A stretch of DNA of 64,000 nt from Hormiphora californensis (Eukaryota > Animalia > Ctenophora), in contig CM035358.1 in the NCBI GenBank assembly GCA_020137815.1, positions 2,728,001 through 2,792,000 of the forward strand, written 5' to 3'. Both the position numbers and the translations under genes were made by a program. Shown here piece by piece: positions 12,231 through 24,183 of this stretch; the stretch's first letter is position 1; each line of letters opens with the position of its first letter. The notes under the pieces were generated by a model that was not told the DNA's origin, made no database searches, and was given only the letters and a program-made list of their open reading frames with translations.

Positions 12231-13679
12231 TCAGTCTAAATCGGAATAAAAAGGTTCAAACATCGGATCATAGTAGACTAGTCCTCTAAGTGACTCCGGC
12301 TCCCTATAAAGTTTTGAATAAGCTGGGTTAAGATAGCTTTCCGGAAATCGATAACGTTTTATATGACAATGGCCGGAAGTCGGTTTCAATTGGGTACATG
12401 TTAAGTTGTAACTGTCGTCGTCAACATCTTCTCGATCGATAACAATTTTCAAACACCTGCATTTTTCATAACACATTGGCCAATTATAGTCATCACCAGG
12501 CTTGCCATTATTCATGGGAGCAAGGTTCATTGGATCGCTAATTTCTGAAAAAGGAACCCGCCAGCCTCCTTCGAGTAACATGCTATTTCTAAGGTAAAAA
12601 TCACATGCAAACCACTCTGGAATTGACACGTGTATAGATTTCCATCCCCGCTCTCTCTTTACTACCTCAATCCGCTCTTCTGCTTCATACACATCGGCAA
12701 CAAAAGGGATATGAGTACATATTGTCCCCAAAAAGTTCCACAAGTTATAGAACTTATAACTATTGTCAATAAGAAATTGAAATCGTTCCTCATCCGTATT
12801 GCCAGGAATGTTAGTATAACAAAACCAAGTCGCTACCATACCATCATCCGTAGCGGCAAGACATGATTTTCTAAAGTTTAACAACCACTGAAAATCAGCC
12901 GAAGTTAGCAGCATATGGCTATCAAGGATAATACCAAAGTGCAGTGCGAACTGTGTCGTATCCGATTTAGCAAGGCTATGAAGACAGGACCTTTCCAGCA
13001 GAAACTTGAGGTTATCATTCAAACAAAACATTCCATGCTCTATATCTGAGCCGAGTTTGGCAAATAGATGAGTCAGCAGAATACAGGTCTCTCTATCGCA
13101 CTCGGAACACACCAGTAGCAGTTTCAGTTCAATCTTGGAGAGACTCTGATACCGTTGGCAGAGTAGCTCGACTAAAGCATCTCTGGCATTCAGTTCATAC
13201 ACCCTCGTCACTATAGAGTTGAGGGGGTTTGTTTCTTCGAAGAGGTTTGTTGGGTAGTGATTGGTCCACATGAAGCATGCTTCCTTTAGTAGTGGACCCA
13301 CAGTATCAGCTGTAATTTCTTGCAAAGCAGCTACTTGTTCCCCGAACCACCAAAAACATCTCTTGCTCGCCCAATCAATTAACCAATCACCGCACAATTT
13401 GATAAGATCACGGAAATACTCAAGGGAAATCTCCAGCCTTCCAGATTTAACAGCCGCAACCAAAGATCGGACAGCCATGTCACTGTACTCTGAAAGGTCT
13501 AAATCAATGTCCCCCTCTCCATCTGCCTTTATTTTAGAGAAAAGTTTATGGCTATCATGCGCTAAAACAAACGTCCTGAGTTTAAGTGTATCTCCAGAGT
13601 TTAGGAAGAGATTAAAAAATCTAACATTCTTGAACTCCCATTCCAGTAAAAGGCGATGATGGGACGGAAGCTGAAACAA
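12231..13679 (-). CDS. Intronless lineage-specific protein with a divergent N-terminal BTB/POZ-like domain; true start uncertain
   Basis: 482-aa ORF that begins at a TTG inside a splice acceptor (TTGTTTCAG). FNLFLNSGDTLKLRTFVLAHDS...DLDLSEYSDMAVRSLVAAVKSG fits the BTB pattern and resembles the BTB region of 31544-33316. Confidence 0.65.
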   Translation of the reverse strand: MFQLPSHHRLLLEWEFKNVRFFNLFLNSGDTLKLRTFVLAHDSHKLFSKIKADGEGDIDLDLSEYSDMAVRSLVAAVKSGRLEISLEYFRDLIKLCGDWLIDWASKRCFWWFGEQVAALQEITADTVGPLLKEACFMWTNHYPTNLFEETNPLNSIVTRVYELNARDALVELLCQRYQSLSKIELKLLLVCSECDRETCILLTHLFAKLGSDIEHGMFCLNDNLKFLLERSCLHSLAKSDTTQFALHFGIILDSHMLLTSADFQWLLNFRKSCLAATDDGMVATWFCYTNIPGNTDEERFQFLIDNSYKFYNLWNFLGTICTHIPFVADVYEAEERIEVVKRERGWKSIHVSIPEWFACDFYLRNSMLLEGGWRVPFSEISDPMNLAPMNNGKPGDDYNWPMCYEKCRCLKIVIDREDVDDDSYNLTCTQLKPTSGHCHIKRYRFPESYLNPAYSKLYREPESLRGLVYYDPMFEPFYSDLD

Positions 13680-14379
13680 TTGCCAATTTTAGTAGGCTTC
13701 GATTGTCGCTGTTAGTGCAGGGGTGACTGCGATACCAAAAATCAGTACTGAAAGGGTATTCCAAAAATGGCAGTAGTTTTTTAGACAATAAAATTAGGAG
13801 TAAAAATTTATCAAAGTCAAAAAAAATCTTTGACAAACCTGGTTGTAGTATTGGGGGGCGTGTGAGATGATAGGTACGTTGTTTAGAATTGGGTGCAGCG
13901 GGTTAAATTTGTTTGACTGAAAAAGATACTCATTAAAAGCAAATACCCCATACTGCGGGTTATAATTGAGGGGGGGGGGTATAAAATGTTGTTCCTATTA
14001 GCACCATCAAGCGTCGCACAAACACATGCTATATATTACCTGGTTCATGGTAGAACATGAAATCGGAACGATGGATGCTATCGGCAGATTGAATTGTTAA
14101 CAATATGAACATGATATTATAACAAAGTGGGGCACCGCTAAGATTTTGGATCTGGGCTGTACGCTCCAGTTACAGATTTGAAACTAGCACCAGGATCGGT
14201 AACCAGCACCAGGCGCTAGCTGGGAGAATCCCTATGCGCGCGACATCTTCGATTGACTAGCAGGGATTTCGATGTGAATTGCATCTAAAGTAGCGCGCGC
14301 GACAGTGTCAGCAGTGTCAGCAGGGCCCTGCACCATTGTAACTAGCTCCGGTAGCAAAATCTCTAACTGGACCCTTAAA

Positions 14380-15450
14380 AGACGTGGTTACAGGTGCACG
14401 CTGCCGGCTGCCAACCTTCACTAAAAGTCCATTTTGGCAACTGTTCGGACTTCGGTGAGGACAAACATAAATTAGTACCGGGCCCCAACCCCGATTGGCA
14501 TCAATTTTTAACAGCCGAAGAGAAGCTGCCGGAAAGAAGCGGGCGCCGTTACGATCCGGGTGTTTGCTGGCCTTTTTACAGAAGTACCCTGCACTAAATT
14601 GGCAAACGCCGCTGGCCACCGGTGCGATTATAATCTGGGTGCCTTGCAGCCTGTTTAAAGTCGGATTTTTGAAGTTGATAAATTGTTAGCAATGGAAGGC
14701 ACCCAGATTTTAACTTTGCCCCTTTTCAAACCAAATACGGGCCAGCGTTAAAATCTGGGTGTTTCGTGAGTGCTCTGTGCTGACAAACGGTTTTTTAGGG
14801 TTAGGGCTAAAGTAGGGTTAGGGTTAGGGTTGGGGTTGGGGTTAGACCTTGACACTTCCTACCAGATAAACTTTGAATTAGCCAAAACGGTTGAGTCGTT
14901 TGGCGGTAAGAGCCATTTTAGTGAATCAACTTTCTTTTCTATCTCTCTTTTCCCACGGTCGAAAACTTTCCCACGGTCCGTGGGAAATACCGTAAGAGCT
15001 TCCACTAAAGTTGGATTTTTTGAAGTTGTCACCCCTCTTCTCGTGCACGGAATGTTTTAGCGTGTCACATCACATGTTTTAAAAAACGTGTGGTGTGCAC
15101 GTCAAAATTGATAAATTTCACATGCGCGGTCATTTGGGGTGACAACGGGCGCGATTATAATTTGGGTGCATTGCAACGTGTTTACAGGTGCGTGCTGCCA
15201 AAAAAGTAGACCTAAAACCACTTAGACCGACTTTTTCAAACGGCTATAGCCGTGCAACCACATGGCCGATTTGAGTAAACTAAACGGTATCTGATAGAGA
15301 ATCTATAGTCCTAACCGATAACCCCAAACAAACCCCTAACCCGACCCTAACGACAGCCCTAGAGGCTAGAACCCGTCTCGAACGCCAAAATCGATGAAAG
15401 GAAGGCACCCAGATTTTAACTTTTTCCGGTGACAACTTCAAAAAATCCGG
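14380..15450. repeat. Complex repeat element with internal direct/inverted duplications and telomere-like TTAGGG tracts
   Basis: GAAGGCACCCAGATTTTAACTTT at ~14695 and ~15401; GCGATTATAATYTGGGTGC at ~14624 and ~15152; GGGTTAGGG array at 14797-14845 and degenerate CCCTAA units at ~15310-15362. Confidence 0.6.
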
Positions 15451-16320
15451 GCGCCGCTGAAAAGACTGCGCGGCTTGGTATTCGCAGCGCTTTTGGCAAA
15501 TTTTTTTCGCCGCGGCGCTTAATTCACGCCAGTATGCGGCGCTCAATCCGATAAAACGCCAAAAATTTTTACACCCGCGCGCGCGCCTGCGCGGCGACGA
15601 AACTTCTCGAAGCAACAAACGCGTTTGTTGCTTCGCGAAATTTCGTTTAAACGTACGCGATCGTTGAAAACTCGCACCTACCTAAGGTGGTCTGACATCT
15701 GTGGCAACGGTTTTTCTTTCAAATAACGACACTTTCTCTCTTTTTTTGTCTGTCTTTACCGAGACCCTATCGCCCTCCAAAGTCTAATTGGTTCCTCACG
15801 GCACTTCGAAGTTAGAATTTCTTTTTGTGGCTCACGCCTTTCCGTAGATTATTGGTGCTATGAAAACTATAATTTAAAGCATTTCCCAACTCCCTGGCGT
15901 CTCCTGCTTCATCATTAGGGGTTCGTTAGTGGTGGCGGGAGTCTAGCCTGTTGCGTGGTGCCCTTGCAGTGTGTCCTGAATCTGGGATGACTGAGCGGCA
16001 TGCTTGTTTGTGAAGTTTGGCGTGTTTCCTCGTCTCGCGGGTGCGCTCACGACGAAGGGACACGACAAGCCGAGTACACCCTGATAACATGGATGATGGA
16101 CTTTCTATTCTATATCGGACTCCCGTTTAATTACTCGCCAAAAGGAGTGTAAATATTTATATCTAATTGCTATTGTTATGTGTATTGTACTAGATTGAAT
16201 AATAAGTTATCATTGGTCTTTGCTTCGTGTGCCGTGCCCGTCTCTGTTCTTAAATTCCTGGCATCCCTTAAAAAGTTGCTGTTCTTACCGAATTTTAGTA
16301 CCGGTGTGCTTGGTACTCCA

Positions 16321-16545
16321 ATGAAATAAGTGTGACACGTCTTTAACACACAACTCGCCAATTTGAACTCAATATCTCTGCTGAATAACTTCTAACCCAC
16401 AAGTCCTTGAGAGGGTTCCGCTCCATCTGGGTTCTAGTCTAGAAATAAGTGACAAGTCTACACAGAACTCGCCAATTTTATTTCAATATCTCTGGTGACG
16501 AAACCGCAAGTCCTTGAGAGGGTTCCGCTCCATTAGGGTTCTACC
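16321..16545 (+). repeat. Tandem ~115-bp imperfect duplication just upstream of SERBP1
   Basis: GAAATAAGTG...AACTCGCCAATTT...CAATATCTCTG...CAAGTCCTTGAGAGGGTTCCGCTCCAT occurs twice. Confidence 0.8.
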
Positions 16546-16602
16546 ACCAACCGGAGAACCACAACCACTTATAATATTACCATTGAAATAGGGAGAGAGA
16601 CA

Positions 16603-17397
16603 ATGGGGGAAGGTCCTACTTACGGGATTGCCACGGGAAACCGTTTCGCGATGGTCGAACTATCAGACGATGAATTGGAGGACCCTTCTGACTTCATCAA
16701 CCTTATTGAACAGGTAATTGTAATATGTGGTAAGTTTTTGTTTCTCTTTTGCCATTTTTTCGAAGTCTAAATATTCCACTGCTGGAGAAATCTAAGATCT
16801 AAGACCCTCCCTTTTTATTGGCCCACGCGGTATATCAGCTAACAGCTCCATGTTCCTGTCCAGAAAACTGAAGCCGCTAAGAAAATTGAACAGAAGAAAG
16901 GAAAGAAAGAGAAAAAGGTAGAGGAGAAGAAAAAGGAGGAAGAAAAGAAACCTGAGAAGAAGGACAGGAAAGGTAAGTTGTTGGTTTGGAGCAGGATCGA
17001 CCTCGTATCACAATTATGTTACTACTTGCTGTAATACAGTTCATCACTTTCCGATTTACACTATCTGTCACGCTCATTTTCAAATCCCTTTCTCTAATCC
17101 TTCTCTCTATATTTCTCTCCCCCTTCCATAGCGACACTATTTTCACATGCACACACAGACATCCATGCATTTACTGGACACCTTGTCGCTAAACACACCC
17201 TTGCTCCAATTTTCTATCTCTGTCGTCTTTTTATCACTCCCTCGCTCTTTGTCTCTCTATCTTTCTCCCTTGCTCTCTCATGGAAGGGTGTCAATGTGAA
17301 TAATGTATGTGTCATATTTTCAAGCGCCCCCAACCAAAAATAGTCGACATTATATCATCCATACATGTCTACAGGTCTCCCGTCTATTTTCTGTGCC

Positions 17398-17454
<57 letters not shown>

Positions 17455-17590
17455 CCTGTGTCTATCTCTCTTTTTCTGCCATGTGTGCAGTTGGTGGTGA
17501 ATTTGACGCTGGTTTTATCTTTGGTGCCCATCACGATAGGAAAGGGAATCACCAGCTGGGGGATAGTGTGTTGTATTCTTGGAAAACATG

Positions 17591-17640
<50 letters not shown>

Positions 17641-17836
17641 GTGAGAGAGATAGAGAGAGTGTGTGTGTGTCAGGGCTACCAAGTTGTAGGGTATTGGATT
17701 GGTTAAAGGGGTTAGCACTTAGTGATGTAGAGAGAGGGGGGACAGAGAGGAAAACTCTCTTACACACACGGACAGGATGTACAGTGACAGTGTCTCCTTC
17801 CTGTCTGTGTCTCTACATGAATGTCTCTTCTCTCTA

Positions 17837-17882
<46 letters not shown>

Positions 17883-18011
17883 TCTCTTGCCCTCTGTCTG
17901 TAATACCTCTTGCCTGCTGCATTTTCTCATTCTCACTTTCTAGTCACCCTCTCGCGGTTTATCATCATTTCAGCCTCATTTTACAATCTAAACCAGCAGT
18001 GCTGATCTCTT

Positions 18012-18068
<57 letters not shown>

Positions 18069-19126
18069 TTCTCTCTTCCGACTTCCACTCATTTCATTGA
18101 CCCTACTTCACGCTTGATCTACCTCTATCTGCTATCTTTGCGTCGCAATCATTGCAACACAGCTGTTCATCAAATGGTTGCAAAATATTTTATCATATTA
18201 CTTACATATCCCCCCATCATATCCCATCCAACCCCCCATCATATCCCCCAATTCTATCAAATAATAAACCCCTCCCTCAGACGAAGACAAGGAGAACAGC
18301 CGAGGTCGAGGAGGCCGAGGTGGACGTGGTGGCCGAGGAAGGAGGGACGGAGAGAGGGGAGATCGCCGAGAGGGTGGTGGAGAGCGAAGGAATGACGGTG
18401 AGAGGAGGCCACGATACAACAAGGATGACGGTGACCGACCACCCCGAATGCAGGTATATTGGGAAGTCATACCACTCTTTCCCTAGATATTTTTTCCATC
18501 CATAAACCATCATATGATACAGCTCAATTGTCTGACCAGTGACCAGTATCCCCTGGGCCCTGACCTAAACTCCTCCAGGACGATGGTGAGGGCAAGACAG
18601 ATGACGGTGAAAGGAGGACAGGAGGTTACAGGGGATCAAGGGATGGAGGAAGAGGCAACAACAGGAGCCGAGGACGAACTGGATACCGTGGAACCAACCG
18701 AACATTCGACCGACACTCTGGAGACTCACGAACGTAAGTTTCTTCCCCACAATCCATCCGATTTAGACATGATATGTCACTTTTTGTCGAACCGGGATAT
18801 CTCTGTCTCCTCTCAGTTAGGAGACAGACAGATCTCTCTTTCTTTCTCCATCTCTATACAGTCTGTCTCACCCGTAGCGCGGGAAGTATGATACTGTGTA
18901 AACAAATGTGTTGCCGCTGGCGCCAAAATTGTTAAAACCACTCTCAAAGAAAAATAGAAGTAGAGAGAGAGAGAAAGAGAGGCGTGAGAGTTAGCCCACT
19001 GTGGTTATTATGTTACCACAGGCTGTACGTTTTCTCAACAACTACTAGAAGTGTGTTTTTGTCCATTATGTGTGTTCGAATGTGTGGCCTACGGCAAAAA
19101 AATACTCAGGAAGTTCTGTTTCTCGC

Positions 19127-19201
<75 letters not shown>

Positions 19202-21354
19202 TCATCGGATAACTATTAGACCTCACACAAACAGCAATTCAATTTCCCCTTCAAGCTAGCTAGTAGCTACAGCTGGAGTAGTAGCCCACCACAGACGTGA
19301 GAGAGAGAAATATATGTTTAATAAGGATTTCTATTCTAGAAAGAATAAGAAAGTATGATTTCTGCACCTGTATAGCTGTTATAATTGGTACTAATTACTA
19401 CGATGTGTCATATGTGTGTTTGTTAAGTTGTCTATCAGACTGGGAACGGTAATATAATGAAATGAATAGGGATACTAGTTATGTAGCTGTCCTACGTGTT
19501 ACACACAGTGAGATGTTACATTTTGTGTGTGTAACATAATGTCACACAAGTCTCCTTCCTTCTGAGTTTCTGAGAGAGCTGTGTGGTTTACGAGTTGAGA
19601 CAACCACCAGGTTTAGGACCTTCATTTAAAATCGTTTTTCAACATCGTGATATCACACCTTTCCCGCACCTGGTTCATAATCTAACACCTATTTAACACA
19701 TCTCCCTCTCTCCCAGTGGTGTCCGATCCCAAGACAAGAGGGACGGTGGCGGTGCCCACAACTGGGGCTCTCCCACTGAGGAACCTGCTGGTGGCGATGC
19801 ATGGGATGCTGCTGCTACTACCGGTGGAAATGATGCCTGGGACGCTGCCGCTCAGTAAGTCATTCTGAAATATCGGCCAGCTTTTGTGAGACACCCCCCC
19901 CCCCCCCGACAAATCTTGCCAGGGAGTTTTGTGGTTTTCCCCAGTTTTTTAGTTGGTGGGAAACCGGAGAAGGGCCCAGTGAGAGAAGCTTAATTACTAC
20001 TGGAAAAAGCATTGCCCCAATATAGTATTTTAGAACCAGGGTGTACACTAAATATTACAACTCTAGATTCATTCAGACAGTAGTATGATAAATCACCTCA
20101 ATGTACAGTCATTTCTTAATATGACTTAATCGCTAATTCTCCCCCAGACAAGCCGATGCCGCACCCAGTGGATTTGACAACGTTGAGGGAGCCGGAGATG
20201 CACCCAGTGGATTTGATGCTGTAGAAGGAGCTAACGGGTAAGAGAAAGTTCAACGTTGTGGTAACATTCTGGAAACTGCTCGATGCGGCCGCGTGTGGAG
20301 GAGAGTGCGGTTGCTGGGACTGATGTTGGGAGTGAATTCAAATGTTGTGTACGGAACGCGCGGGCGAGTAAACCCCACGCAGAAGACCCCCAAACGAGCA
20401 CAAGAAGTGCAAAAGTTGAGGGTGGGACAGGGGTGCCGCGCAACACGCTTCCCGCACGTGCGAGGTGGGTTGGTAATTTCCGCTCATGACCCTCCCTTTC
20501 TGTCACAGTGACGATGGCCCTGCTGCCCCCAAGGAGGAAGATGAAGCCCCAACCATGACCCTGGAGGAATACCAAGCGAAACAGGCCGCCGAGAAGAAGG
20601 GAACTGCTTTCCAGACCAGGAAGGCCGGTGAAAATGAGGATGATAGTCAATGGAAGAACTTTGCTCCCCTGAAGAAGGATGAGGAGGGAACCTACATGGG
20701 AGGACTGGTAAGAGTGTGAGATAGATAGAGAGCGAGGGGGGTGCACCATTGTATTTGGAGTTCAAGGAGCTTTCCTGTCCTACGGCGGGCTCGCGACTGT
20801 CGGGGGATAGTGTGTGTATTTGAGAGAAGGATATGCTTTGATCCATCACTAAATCTGTGACTTTTACCACCCAAGACAACCTCGTATCTATCTCTCAATT
20901 CTAACCCCACCCATCCAAGACATCCTCCCTCCTCCAGGACGAATACGAGAAGGTCATTGTCAGGACTGGCCGACAGAAGAAGATGGTTGCGGTCGATGTC
21001 AAGTTTGCCAACAACCCCCGTCGAGGAGGCGGTGGTGGTGGACGTGGAGGACGAGGTAAGAACATTTCCTCTTATATTTCAAACTTTATCTCTTTTATCT
21101 TATCTTTTTCAAACCTCATTTCTCTGAGGTTTTTCCTAAAACCAAACCCCGTCCCTAACACCCATCTTTCCCCGTCAGACGACCGTGGTGACCGTGGAGA
21201 TCGTGGAGATAGGCGAGACCGACGTGACGACCGTGGTGATCGACGTGACAACGACAGACGAGACAACAAGCCCAAACAGAAGCAGGGTGGAGGAAATCAG
21301 AAAGCCCCCAATCTGGAGAGCTTCTCGGAGACTGAGTTCCCCTCTCTCTCATAA
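16603..21354 (+). CDS. SERBP1: SERBP1/HABP4/VIG-family RGG-rich RNA- and ribosome-binding protein (~9 exons)
   Basis: MGEGPTYGIATGNRFAMV..., RGG repeats, NRTFDRHSGDSR + GVRSQDKRDGGGAHNWG (HABP4 domain), TMTLEEYQA, FQTRKAGE and C-terminal APNLESFSETEFPSLS*. Confidence 0.9.
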
Positions 21355-22828
21355 CAAGGGTTCCTTCCTCCATTTGTCTTGCATAGACACCCACACTTCT
21401 CTTCTCAATACCGCGATGATCTCTGAAGAACACTTACACCTCGAGATTTCCGATCACAGTAGTTATTTTCCAACTCGTTTATTTTTATTTATATAGAATG
21501 TGGAAAATTTCTTATTTGTTTTACACGAAAAAAACCGCTACGTTTTCAATTTGTCTCAAAACGTAACGCGCCAATATATTTTAAAAGCAATGCGCGGGGT
21601 TTTCACGCCGCGCGTATTTTGAAATCTGACAAATAAAAAGTTTTCGGTCCGAAGTCAAAAAATTCGGCAGTTTTTTAAACTCTTGAAAAGCGCTGCCTTA
21701 TCCCGCGGGGGCCAGCAACGTTTGCCAAGTTCGTTTCCGGTTTTTGAGCTCTCTGTTGCTCCTACCGCCGGTTAAGATCTTCAAATATTGAGATAACTTA
21801 TCTCCCCACCGATATTTAGAGACCGAATTGTGAAAATGTCCGACTGAAGCGTGATGTTTGAAAAACTACAAAATCTCTTTGCTGGAAGCGAGGTAAAAAT
21901 ACATTAAATACACACGTTATACAGTATACACACACACACACCCATGTTAGTTTAGTAGACCTGTACGACTGGGTTTAATCCGGTTATCCCAGCGCAATAG
22001 AGGCAAATAACGACTGTGGTATAGCCCCTGGTTTCAATCGCACAACCTGCCTCTGCCGAGCCACCACTATCGATTATCTAGGAATGGGAATGTTAATTAA
22101 TTACGTCCTGAAGTACCTCTTCAACTAAATTAAAAACAACATGGCAATTATAGAATTTTGTTTCAGAATTGTCTGCTTCCATTGCTAAGTTAACGATTCT
22201 ATTTTCTAACTATCAAGTTACCTTGTTCACGATGACTGACTTCATGTCTATATAGTCGTCACATATGTCTCCAAGTGGGTCAGATGAATATTTGTTCTGG
22301 CTCCTCAAGATGATAACATCGTGCCTGAGAGATATTTCAGCTTAGTTTTAAAACCAAAACGTGAAGCTAATCTGTACTGTCGAATGATTCGTCTCAAAGA
22401 TTCTTTGACAAAGAAGCTAGTTTAATTTATGCCAAAGCAAAAGAGTTGAAGTTATTAAGATTATTTCGGCCTTGCTCGACCCTCTCTCACCGTGCCCAGA
22501 CTTAGAACATAACAAGAGACTTATCTTACCCTTTTTTATCGGTTGAAGTGCCGTCCTGGCCCTTTCTTCTTAGTCTCCTGAGTTCCGAAAACCGATCTTT
22601 TGCATCCTGAGCCAGCTCACTATCCCATCTGAAACAAGTCAAATATTATGGGTGACGTGGGTTGGTCAAATGATCTATAACAGAAATAGTAGGTTGAGTA
22701 CTGTGTAGTCTGAATTTACATGAGCCATATGGCGGAGTAGACACTACTATCCAGCCTAACATAATAACTGTGTAATTTGTTGTCACACTAAACATTGTAT
22801 CTCCTTCTATTAATATTAACTCGTTTAA

Positions 22829-24183
22829 GGGTACGCTAACCAAAAATTTTTTTCGAGTGCAGGGAAATCTCTCACCGTAGGGTTGTAGGCCATGCCAAGG
22901 AGACCTCAAATATGCAATTTGAGCTCTCAAGTCGAATTCATATTTTTGCTACAGCTGCTTGAAAAATGAACTGAAAATAAGTTTTTGGCATCTTAAAAAT
23001 ACATTTGTAAAGATAGGATCATAAAAATTTGTGGATTTGAAGAGGACAAAGAGGTGAGTAGCCACAAAAAATTTTTTTGAAATCCGAGCTGATTTCCGGT
23101 CCTGAGATGGATTTCTTTTTTTTGACTTTAACGCCATATTTGGCCAAGTTCCGAAAATATGTGAAAGCTGTAAATTGGTCAAAAGTTGCGTCTAACGATT
23201 CTCTATATGGCCATAAATTTTGGGCGTGTCCTTATTTGAGATAAGCTGTACAGAGTTTTTTTTGTGAAAGCCGTCATTTCAGAAATAAATAAATTCCCTG
23301 TATCTCAAAAACGGTTGATCGTAGAGACCTGAGACTATGCTTAAACGATTCAGAAGGTCCGATTTTGGGGGGGTCTTCTGAGAGACATTTTGCTCCTACT
23401 TCAACCGTTTTTGCTGTAATTGCGAAAAACAAAAACCCATCTTCGCCATCGTGGATTTTTTGTGTTTTTGTTTTTGATGATTATAGGGACCCATATGGAC
23501 CAAATAGTGAAGGAATTAGCTTGTTAAACATTTTTCCATAGTTTCGGTCCTTTCTTAGCTAAAATTCCCTAATTACAGGATATTGGAGTTTAGCTTTTGC
23601 CCTTTTCATAGAATTTGTTTTTCGCAATTACAGCAAAAACGGTTGAAGTAGGAGCAAAATGTCTCTCAGAAGACCCCCCCAAAATCGGGCCTTCTGAATC
23701 GTTTAAGCATAGTCTCAGGTCTCTACGATCAACCGTTTTTGAGATACAGGGAATTTATTTATTTCTGAAATGACGGCTTTCACAAAAAAAACTCTGTACA
23801 GCTTATCTCAAATAAGGACACGCCCAAAATTTATGGCCATATAGAGAATCGTTAGACGCAACTTTTGACCAATTTACAGCTTTCACATATTTTCGGAACT
23901 TGGCCAAATATGGCGTTAAAGTCAAAAAAAAGAAATCCATCTCAGGACCGGAAATCAGCTCGGATTTCAAAAAAATTTTTTGTGGCTACTCACCTCTTTG
24001 TCCTCTTTAAATCCACAAATTTTTATGATCCTATCTTTACAAATGTATTTTTAAGATGCCAAAAACTTATTTTCAGTTCATTTTTCAAGCAGCTGAGAAA
24101 AAATGAAAGATGGAGAAAAGAAATTGAGGGGCCCCGGAGGTAAACCCCCCGGAGGGGGACAAAAAAAAAAAGGTGGGGACCCT
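22829..24183. mobile_element. Fold-back element with ~600-bp TIRs; left end TTAA|GGG (Kolobok-like termini); right end garbled
   Basis: About 22950-23434 is the reverse complement of 23613-24095, which explains the identical spurious ORFs on both strands. Beyond 24095 the match decays into noisy sequence. Confidence 0.75.

Noticed and set aside
14797-14845. True telomere or telomerase RNA template
   Set aside because: Short, degenerate, interstitial and flanked by genes.
22949-24143. Identical ORFs on opposite strands (also 26221/26649 and 38889/40151)
   Set aside because: These are by-products of MITE terminal inverted repeats, with no transposase motifs.
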